NCBI GenBank assembly: GCA_028711115.1
Contig: JAQTSV010000001.1
Location: forward strand, 1,030,032 to 1,094,031
DNA length: 64,000 nucleotides
Origin: Candidatus Omnitrophota bacterium
GTDB taxonomy: Bacteria > Omnitrophota > Gorgyraeia > Velamenicoccales > JABMQK01
Reading direction: 5' to 3'
Each line of letters starts with the position of its first letter. Position 1 is the stretch's first letter. The notes beneath the pieces are model-generated. The model saw only the letters and a list, made by a program, of their open reading frames with translations. It did no database searches and was not told the DNA's origin. Position numbers and translations under genes: made by a program. Positions 57,418 through 64,000 of the stretch are shown here, piece by piece.

Positions 57418-60038
57418 TGTGATAATTCCTTTTTGATAATTTCTTCTGCCTTTTTCATAACTTGGCTTAATCTACTTTTATCTTTTAATCCGCCCTGGGC
57501 GAAATCCGGCCTTCCACCACCGGAACCGCCAAAAGATTCCAAAATCTTACCAAGAATACCAGATGCGGAAGTTTTATCTTTTAAATCTTTGCTTACCCGG
57601 CAAATAAACAAACCATTATCGGAAGCCAAGAATATCACGGACTTTTTAGTCAATTTACTTATGAGTAAATCTGACGCCTTTCTTAAAATATCCGAATCCA
57701 AGTTCTTAAACTGACAGATAATGTAACTATAGTCTTCTACGGTTTTCTTCGAGCTGTTGATTATGTCTGCAATTTGCAAACTGATATTTTCTTCAGTCAG
57801 AGACATAACTTCCTTCTCTAATTTCTTATTTTTCTCCAATAAAGATTCTACCTGAGATGGAATGTCTTCGATTTTAGCCTTAAGCATAACGGATAAATCT
57901 TTCAGTATTTTAGAACTATTCTTCAGCTTCTCATAGGCTAATTTGCCTGTAAATGCCTGGATGCGGCGTAAACCGCTGCCAACAGAACCTTCGTTATCGA
58001 TTAACATCATAGCTACATCTCCTGTGTAATCGAGGTGCGTGCCGCCGCAGAATTCCCTGGAATAATCTGCGATGGAAACCACACGTACACTCTCTCCATA
58101 CTTTTCACCGAATAAAGCAATGGCTCCGCTTTTTAGTGCTTTGTCCTTTTCCATAACTTCTACACTTAATTTATCGTTAGCGCGTATTTTCTCGTTAATC
58201 AAATCCTCAATTCTTGCCAGCTCATCATCCTTCAAATCTTTGAAGTGGGTGAAATCAAAACGAAAATAATCCGGCTCAACCAAAGAGCCCGACTGCTGCA
58301 CATGTTCGCCTAAAACCTTGCGTAAAGACGACTGCAAAAGATGCGTGGCGGTGTGGCTGCGCCTTATCGCCTGCCTTCTTTCAGAATTCACTTCGGCTAA
58401 AACTTTATCCTGAATTTTGAATCCGCCTTTTTTGACTTTTACAATATGCGCAATAGAACCATCAATTTGTTTTGTATCCACGACTTCTGCCAATGATTTT
58501 TTGTCGCTGGAATAAATTTTTCCTGTATCGCCAACCTGACCGCCGGATTCGCCGTAAAACGGAGTTTTATCTAAAATTATCCAAGCCTCGTCGCCTTCTT
58601 TAATTTTATCCGCACTTTGTTTTGACTTAACAATCTGTATAATCTGCACTTCTTTTCTGGTTGTCTCATAACCTAAGAATTGCGTCGGCAATAAATCAAT
58701 AATGTCTTTGGAAAATATATCGCCTGAAATATTGCTACCTGCGCGCGCCATTTTCTTTTGCTTTTCCATCTCCTGGTTAAAACCAGCCAAATCCAGTTCC
58801 AAATTATTATCTTTGGCAAAAATCTCTGTCAGCTCCAGAGGAAATCCGTAAGTATCGTAGAGCTTGAAGATTATCTGACCGGAAATTCTATTAATGTTTT
58901 TGCTTTTAAGTTCAGCTATGGTCTCTTTCAATAAATCGCTGCCTTCGTTTATATTGTTTATAAACTTCTCTTCCTCAGAAAGAACGATGTCGGAAATATT
59001 ATCTCTTCTCTTGGCAAGTTCGGGGTATGGTTCTTTCATCAAATTACAAATCCTGGAAACCAACTTATACAAAAATGGCTTTTTAAATCCTGATTCCTGA
59101 GCAAACCAACTAGCCCGACGGATAAGTTTTCTTACGACATAACCTCTGCCTTCATTGGAAGGCAATACTCCATCGCCGATGGCAAAGACCACCGCCCTTA
59201 TGTGGTCGGCGATACAATTTAGCTTCTCGCTGAATTGAAAAGGTTTAATCTCCAAAATCTGCCTTATCTCATCTATAATCGGTTTAAAGATATCTATTTC
59301 GAAATTGGTCTTTACGCCTTGCAGACAAGAGACAATCCTCTCCAGTCCCATGCCTGTATCAATATTTTTATTGGGCAGCGGATCTAGCTTGCCACCTTCT
59401 TTGCGATTGAATTGAGTAAACACCAGATTCCAAATTTCTACAAACCTTCCGCAGTCGCAGGCCGGAGAACAATCGGATTTGCCGCATCCTGTATCTTTGC
59501 CCCAATCGAAAAATATCTCAGAGCACGGCCCGCAAGGCCCGTTGGGGCCATCGTTAATTGCATTCGATGGCCAAAAGTTTTCCTTCTGTCCAAATTTATA
59601 AATTTTATTTGCCGGCACTTTTATTTCATTTAACCATATATTGTAAGACTCATTATCCTCTTCGTATACTGACACCCACAATTTCTCAGCAGTTATCTTT
59701 AAATCTTTGGTCAAAAATTCCCAGGCCCAAGTAATAGCGTCTTTCTTAAAATAATCTCCGAAAGAAAAATTCCCCAACATCTCAAAGAAAGTATGATGCG
59801 ACGGGGTATGGCCGACTTTCTCCAAATCGCCTGTCCTCAAACACTTCTGGGATGAAGCAGCCCGGCGGAAATCAGTCACTTTCCCCAAAAACTGCTCTTT
59901 AAACTGATTCATCCCTGCCGAAGTAAATAATACCGACGGGTCATTCTTCGGCGCCAAAGAATCGCTGGGAACAATCTTGTGATTTTTCGACTTAAAGAAA
60001 TCCAGGAATCGCTTTCTTAATTCGTCTGTTGTAATCAT
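57414..60038 (-). CDS. alaS: alanyl-tRNA synthetase
   Basis: 874 aa. FTSAGMNQFK motif, editing-domain HTATH, and a C-terminal DHHA1-like region. Confidence 0.97.
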   Translation of the reverse strand: MITTDELRKRFLDFFKSKNHKIVPSDSLAPKNDPSVLFTSAGMNQFKEQFLGKVTDFRRAASSQKCLRTGDLEKVGHTPSHHTFFEMLGNFSFGDYFKKDAITWAWEFLTKDLKITAEKLWVSVYEEDNESYNIWLNEIKVPANKIYKFGQKENFWPSNAINDGPNGPCGPCSEIFFDWGKDTGCGKSDCSPACDCGRFVEIWNLVFTQFNRKEGGKLDPLPNKNIDTGMGLERIVSCLQGVKTNFEIDIFKPIIDEIRQILEIKPFQFSEKLNCIADHIRAVVFAIGDGVLPSNEGRGYVVRKLIRRASWFAQESGFKKPFLYKLVSRICNLMKEPYPELAKRRDNISDIVLSEEEKFINNINEGSDLLKETIAELKSKNINRISGQIIFKLYDTYGFPLELTEIFAKDNNLELDLAGFNQEMEKQKKMARAGSNISGDIFSKDIIDLLPTQFLGYETTRKEVQIIQIVKSKQSADKIKEGDEAWIILDKTPFYGESGGQVGDTGKIYSSDKKSLAEVVDTKQIDGSIAHIVKVKKGGFKIQDKVLAEVNSERRQAIRRSHTATHLLQSSLRKVLGEHVQQSGSLVEPDYFRFDFTHFKDLKDDELARIEDLINEKIRANDKLSVEVMEKDKALKSGAIALFGEKYGESVRVVSIADYSREFCGGTHLDYTGDVAMMLIDNEGSVGSGLRRIQAFTGKLAYEKLKNSSKILKDLSVMLKAKIEDIPSQVESLLEKNKKLEKEVMSLTEENISLQIADIINSSKKTVEDYSYIICQFKNLDSDILRKASDLLISKLTKKSVIFLASDNGLFICRVSKDLKDKTSASGILGKILESFGGSGGGRPDFAQGGLKDKSRLSQVMKKAEEIIKKELSQ

Positions 60039-60493
60039 AATTCGCTCAGGACATCATAAACTATATCTTTGGAAAATCCTTTTCTCAAGAAAAATCCCCA
60101 GAGGCGGTTTTTTATTTTATCCTTATCCAAACCGGAAAGTTTCTTCATCTTCTGGCTCAACAAATCCCTGATTACTTCCTCTTCTTTCTGAGGAAAATTG
60201 TATTCGCTGATTACCTTTTCAATGATACTGTTATTTATGCCTTTGGTCTTTAATTCAAACGACAGGCGTTTTATTCCCAATGGCTTTTTTATGCGGGATT
60301 CCACCCAAAGCCGAGCAAATGCCAAATCGTCTAACAGGTGTATTTTTATGAGCGCTGCGACTGCCTGCTCGATAATTTCCTTGTCAAATCCTTTTCTTGA
60401 CAGATTGCTGCGTAGTTCGTATTCACTGCGAGGCCTAAATTTAATCAAACGAAAACAAGCCTTCTTTGCGCTATTTAAATCCTTTTTATTCAC
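60035..60493 (-). CDS. recX: RecA regulator RecX
   Basis: 152 aa (GVT start codon is GTG) with helical repeats. recA-recX-alaS order conserved. Confidence 0.82.
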   Translation of the reverse strand: MNKKDLNSAKKACFRLIKFRPRSEYELRSNLSRKGFDKEIIEQAVAALIKIHLLDDLAFARLWVESRIKKPLGIKRLSFELKTKGINNSIIEKVISEYNFPQKEEEVIRDLLSQKMKKLSGLDKDKIKNRLWGFFLRKGFSKDIVYDVLSEL

Positions 60494-60558
60494 TAAATTT
60501 CTTCTTTTGACCCTAAAATAGCCTCGAGGGTTTTATCGCTGCGGACTAAATGATACAG

Positions 60559-61605
60559 CTATTTCTTTTTCTGTTCCGCTTCTACTACAACAAGACTATC
60601 AAGAATGCCTTTTTCTATGGCGCTGGCAACCTTGGGATTTGACTTTAAAAAATCAATTGCCGTATCTCTGCCCTGTCCTAACTTTTCGCTGCCAAAAGAA
60701 AGCCATGTCCCGCTCTTCTCAATTACGCCTCTATTTACCGCTGTATCCACAATACTGCCTAATCTGGAGATTCCTTCGGAATGTAGAATCTCGAATTCTG
60801 CCTCTTTGAATGGCGGAGCAACTTTATTCTTCACTACGCGGGCCCTTACCCTTGCACCAAAAACCTGTTCTGCTGATTTGAGATTAGCTATTTTACGCAA
60901 ATCTATCCTTACTGAAGAATAGAATTTTAAAGCCCTGCCGCCGGGCGTAGTCTCAGGATTTCCAAACATCACTCCGATTTTTTCCCTGATCTGATTAATA
61001 AATATCACGCACGTCCTGGACTTGCTAATTGCAGCTGTAAGTTTTCTTAAAGCCTGTGACATAAGCCTCGCCTGCAGACCGATATGGCTATCGCCCATTT
61101 CGCCTTCAATTTCCGCGCGCGGTGTAAGCGCAGCCACTGAATCTATAACGATTAAATCTACGGCATTGGAACGTACCAATGTCTCGGCTATCTCCAGGGC
61201 CTGCTCTCCTGTGTCCGGTTGAGAAATCAGCATCTCCACCAAATTCACGCCTATCTTTTCCGCATATACTGAATCAAAGGCATGCTCTGCATCAATAAAG
61301 GCAGCTACACCGCCTTTTGTCTGCGTCTGTTTAATAATGCTTAAGGTGAGCGTGGTTTTGCCTGAAGCCTCTGGCCCGAAAATCTCCACTACTCTGCCGC
61401 GGGGAACCCCACCGATTCCTAAGGCAATATCCAAAGAAATTGCGCCTGTAGGAATCGACTCCACATTCATCTTTGGCTCACCGCCAAGTTTCATTATAGA
61501 ACCTTTTCCGAATTGCTTTTCAATCTGTGCCAAAGCCAATTCCAGTGTTTTCTTACGGTTAGAAACAATATCTTCCTTACTTTTGGTTTCCTTCTGTGTA
61601 CTCAT
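60559..61605 (-). CDS. recA: recombinase RecA
   Basis: 348 aa. GPEASGKTT Walker A. GGAGGT lies before the ATG. Confidence 0.98.
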   Translation of the reverse strand: MSTQKETKSKEDIVSNRKKTLELALAQIEKQFGKGSIMKLGGEPKMNVESIPTGAISLDIALGIGGVPRGRVVEIFGPEASGKTTLTLSIIKQTQTKGGVAAFIDAEHAFDSVYAEKIGVNLVEMLISQPDTGEQALEIAETLVRSNAVDLIVIDSVAALTPRAEIEGEMGDSHIGLQARLMSQALRKLTAAISKSRTCVIFINQIREKIGVMFGNPETTPGGRALKFYSSVRIDLRKIANLKSAEQVFGARVRARVVKNKVAPPFKEAEFEILHSEGISRLGSIVDTAVNRGVIEKSGTWLSFGSEKLGQGRDTAIDFLKSNPKVASAIEKGILDSLVVVEAEQKKK

Positions 61606-61685
61606 TTTTACCTCCGTAATAAATTTACTAAGTTTATATTATATTTTATATATTATTTATTTATAGATGGGATAGTTAGAATGTG

Positions 61686-61714
61686 ATTATACAATAATTG
61701 ACTACTATAGTCAA
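61686..61714 (-). promoter_or_regulatory. recA promoter (TTGACT-17 nt-TATAAT) overlapped by a perfect 7-3-7 palindrome
   Basis: Minus strand reads TTGACTATAGTAGTCAATTATTGTATAAT. The palindrome TTGACTA-cta-TAGTCAA occupies 61698-61714. The 5' UTR is about 75-80 nt. Confidence 0.55.
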
Positions 61715-61728
61715 TAATAAAACAATCC

Positions 61729-61761
61729 CTTGAAACCTTTTGTAAAACAATGGGTTTCAAG
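61729..61761. other. perfect 9-bp hairpin (CTTGAAACC / GGTTTCAAG, 15-nt loop) in the recA-upstream intergenic region
   Basis: Read directly from the sequence. In minus orientation it is followed by the partly T-rich GGGATTGTTTTATTATT, so it may insulate against read-through into recA. Confidence 0.3.
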
Positions 61762-61869
61762 CCTAAGGAATTTCTCTTTCTGTTTCAATTTATATTCAAA
61801 CCCACTACAAACTGGCCAAAATCCTAAAAAAGACTTCTTTGTGGTCCCAAAAAAATCTTATTCTCCCCC

Positions 61870-61898
61870 TTGAAATTCCTTTAAAAATATGTTATGGT
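61870..61898 (+). promoter_or_regulatory. sigma70-like promoter for the riboswitch-like leader
   Basis: TTGAAA (61870-75), 17-nt spacer, then TGT-TATGGT (extended -10-like, 61890-98). Confidence 0.5.
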
Positions 61899-61934
61899 TT
61901 ATGTAGAACAAGAAAGCGCTCTTTTAGATGTTTT

Positions 61935-62060
61935 TAGCAAAAGGTAAACTAACCCGAAAGGGGTCCTGAAGCAATTCAGGAATCGAAAGATTAGGGCACA
62001 AAGCCGCGAACCTAAGTCTTTGTAGCATAAGAAGATAAGGTTGTCGGGCTGCCGTAGTCC
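61935..62060 (+). promoter_or_regulatory. candidate c-di-GMP-I (GEMM-I)-like riboswitch aptamer with an inserted two-hairpin module
   Basis: AAAAGGUAAAC..., P1 CUAA|AUC-GAAA-GAUUAG, GGGCACAAAGCC, CCUAAG...UAAGG tetraloop-receptor-like pair, CGGGCUGCCG. Compared from memory with Vc2: GGGCAAACCAUUCGAAAGAGUGGGACGCAAAGCC..CCUAAA. Confidence 0.55.
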
Positions 62061-62093
62061 CAAAGTGTTAAATCCGGGATTTCGTCAAAGTGT

Positions 62094-62123
62094 AAAAACC
62101 CATTCTTTCCGATGGGTTTTTTT
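62094..62123 (+). terminator. intrinsic terminator (expression platform of the leader)
   Basis: AAAACCCAT-tctttccg-ATGGGTTTT followed by a T run, 37 nt before the ATG at 62160. Confidence 0.75.
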
Positions 62124-62159
62124 GTTGACAGCTACCCCGGAAGAACAAGGAGGTAGCAG

Positions 62160-62495
62160 ATGAAAGGAAGAAGGGCATTTAGAGTGATCCTTACAATAGC
62201 AATATTAATTCTAGGTATAATTCTTGTAAAGGCTCTGTTTGCCGATGGCTCTTTCACTGCTGCCGCAACTTGTTATATGCCTCAGTATGTAACACTGGCT
62301 AATGGAGAAAAGGTATTAGCTGATAGCATTAATAATGGTAATAACCAGAATAACCAAATAAATGTTCCAGAAGTAAATAAGGAGGAAATCGAAGAAGATG
62401 CTATAGCAGAAAATGCATCTGCCCTAATCCAGCAACAGGAAGAAGTAGTTTTAGAAGATGGCTTAGGTTTAATTACAACGGTGTTCGCAAGATAA
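62160..62495 (+). CDS. small secreted/anchored hypothetical protein (N/Q- and E-rich)
   Basis: 111 aa and the only plus-strand gene. AAGGAGG lies 7 nt before the ATG. Signal-peptide-like MKGRRAFRVILTIAILILGIILVKALFA|DG. Confidence 0.65.
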   Translation: MKGRRAFRVILTIAILILGIILVKALFADGSFTAAATCYMPQYVTLANGEKVLADSINNGNNQNNQINVPEVNKEEIEEDAIAENASALIQQQEEVVLEDGLGLITTVFAR

Positions 62496-62520
62496 AAAAA
62501 TTCCCACCTGCCACGGTAGG
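62494..62520 (-). terminator. possible intrinsic terminator for the convergent minus-strand OM-type gene
   Basis: Minus strand reads CCTACC-GTGGCA-GGTGGG (one G-U pair) followed by AATTTTTTT. Confidence 0.4.
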
Positions 62521-62527
62521 ATAATTT

Positions 62528-62574
62528 ACCCAGTACTGATTTCTCAGGAAATAAGTCCTGGGTTCTTTATTTTA
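62528..62574 (+). terminator. possible terminator for the 62160 gene
   Basis: ACCCAG...CTGGGT stem with an inner hairpin, followed by TCTTTATTTTA. The large loop makes it weak. Confidence 0.3.
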
Positions 62575-62584
62575 TCACTCGAGA

Positions 62585-64000
62585 TTACTTAATACGGGCT
62601 TGTCTTAAAGGTATGTTATAAAAGAAAGTCATTCCTTCTTCAAGCAATACTTTCTTTCTTAAGGGGACTTTGGGAATATATTTTGTAGGCAGAGTGGTTA
62701 AATCTATCCTAAGATTATGTTCTCCGGGAGAAACCTTTCTGAACAGATATTGGCCTGATTGATCAGTGACAACTCTCTCCTTATCGTCCAAAACCATTAC
62801 TACTCCGCTTATAGGATCATCTCCCCTGTCGAATTCATTGTTGCCATTTATATCCACAAAGACAACTCCTACGATTTCAGAGCGAGTGGTAAGGCCAAAA
62901 TCCAATCTCTTGGTTGCGCCATGTTTTATATCTATATCATAAAAAGCAGCGGTTGTAAAAGTATGACCGCGGGGAAGAGTCTTTAAATCAACGGCAACTC
63001 TTGCCTTCCTGCCTACGATATTCTTAATATTGTAATATCCTTTCTCATCGCTGGCATCAGTCTTTTTGCCGGTTGTGTTTATTACTACGTTTGGTATACC
63101 CTGTTCATCTTTGTCCTTGACGCCATCTCCGTTCAGATCATTAAACACAAAACCGTCAACATGTCCTTTTGTATTCCAGCGTAATCCGGTATCCCAAACA
63201 AGGCGCAAGCCATATCTTATTTCAAGATCCAAATGTTTAGCAACACCTTCATTCTCGGCCCATACATTAGCTACGCGGCAACTCAAATATCCATCCAGGT
63301 ATGGATTTGGCCTATAATCTAATTCTGAGTAGAGTTCAAGCCTGTCTTCCCCTGAAAGATAACTTAAGACGGATGCCGCATCTTCCTCGTCTCGATACAT
63401 AACTCGGAAGTTGCCATAAAAAGGTGACTGCAAAATCCGAGAATAATAACTTAATGCTGTTTCTAATACATTGGACTCCGCATTCTCTCCCGTCATTCTA
63501 TCCTCTATGAAATTATAAGTTTTATAAATACTGCCATTCAGATCGCCTATTATATTGAAACCCAAGCCACCGCTAACAGCATTTCTATCATAATTGGAAG
63601 CAGAGCCCAGAAAAGATTTATTCGTTGAGTTTACATAGCTAAGGTTTGTGCTCAATCTTCTTAAGAAGAAAAATTGCTTTCTTATATTGATTTTCTTAGT
63701 CTGGCTGATTCCCGGAGAAATCGAACCTTTGGTATCTTCCCTTGTATAACCAAAATCCATATTAGTGTGTGGATCAACTTGCCAATTCGCTTCTGAAGCA
63801 AAACTATAATTGGGTCTTTTAGGATCATCTGGATTATAAAATCTGCTGTCCCTTACGGCAGTGAGCGTATTGGAAAGAGAGAAATTATTTGTAGGGTATA
63901 ATCTGACTCCAAACCTTGCAGAGGTTGAACCACCACCGGTGCCACCACCTAAAGGCGAAACAAAATCCCTATCTTCATCTGTAAAACCCAGAGATATATT
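62585..64000 (-). CDS. beta-rich OM-type protein with two C-terminal SdrD-B/Cna-B-like domains, partial (5' end beyond right edge)
   Basis: The frame stays open from 63760 to 64000 (checked), so the track Met is internal. Alternating beta-strand-like N-terminal part. Two repeats: GFVFNDLNGDGVKDKDEQGIPNV...DEKGYY and GVVFVDINGNNEFDRGDDPISGV...DQSGQYLF. Confidence 0.6.
   Translation of the reverse strand, partial: NISLGFTDEDRDFVSPLGGGTGGGSTSARFGVRLYPTNNFSLSNTLTAVRDSRFYNPDDPKRPNYSFASEANWQVDPHTNMDFGYTREDTKGSISPGISQTKKINIRKQFFFLRRLSTNLSYVNSTNKSFLGSASNYDRNAVSGGLGFNIIGDLNGSIYKTYNFIEDRMTGENAESNVLETALSYYSRILQSPFYGNFRVMYRDEEDAASVLSYLSGEDRLELYSELDYRPNPYLDGYLSCRVANVWAENEGVAKHLDLEIRYGLRLVWDTGLRWNTKGHVDGFVFNDLNGDGVKDKDEQGIPNVVINTTGKKTDASDEKGYYNIKNIVGRKARVAVDLKTLPRGHTFTTAAFYDIDIKHGATKRLDFGLTTRSEIVGVVFVDINGNNEFDRGDDPISGVVMVLDDKERVVTDQSGQYLFRKVSPGEHNLRIDLTTLPTKYIPKVPLRKKVLLEEGMTFFYNIPLRQARIK

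Noticed and set aside
1-64000. Scan for mobile elements, CRISPR arrays, prophage, toxin-antitoxin or known defence systems
   Set aside because: I saw no transposase, integrase, recombinase or Cas-like ORFs, no terminal inverted repeats, and no repeat-spacer arrays. The two HTH_17 proteins sit in a cytoskeletal/membrane context, not with an integrase.

Overview
This is an AT-rich, very gene-dense bacterial chromosomal segment. SurA, a lipobox protein and an OM-type beta-rich protein suggest a diderm; the lineage cannot be determined from the sequence alone. I call about 66 protein genes and 5 tRNAs. Every gene except one small ORF (62160-62495) lies on the minus strand, often with 1-30 nt gaps or ATGA-type start/stop overlaps. 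Because packing is this tight, adjacency here is only weak evidence of functional linkage. Most content is core housekeeping in conserved order: nadC-valS; cimA-lysC-cstA-(ApgM-like kinase)-coaB-thrC-hom; gpsA; pdxJ-acpS-nnrD; tilS-ftsH-folP-cdaA; gatCAB; surA-pdxA-rsmA; secDF-yajC; rpsP; hisDBHAFI with trpE appended; recA-recX-alaS. I found no mobile element, CRISPR array, prophage or recognisable defence system. The parts most worth a second look are: (1) a soluble PRC-MgtE_N-CBS protein translationally coupled to an Nramp whose metal site carries the Mg2+-type D-G-T-A substitutions; (2) the Wood-Ljungdahl corrinoid module acsC-RACo-cooC-acsD-acsE in canonical order, but with larB-larC where acsA/acsB normally sit and a tyrosine-rich type IV pilin gene inserted in the middle; (3) a GEMM-I-like (c-di-GMP-I) riboswitch candidate with an unusual 29-nt two-hairpin insertion, controlling the only plus-strand gene; (4) a bactofilin-HTH fusion next to a membrane-anchored HTH protein; (5) a 253-nt GC-rich hairpin cluster with a tRNA-like remnant between tRNA-Tyr and tRNA-Gly; (6) a naturally short Mfd lacking both the UvrA-binding and autoinhibitory modules; (7) two PilZ proteins in unusual contexts and a 32-codon CdaR remnant after cdaA. 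All family assignments come from reading motifs by eye and from memory of those families. No searches were run.
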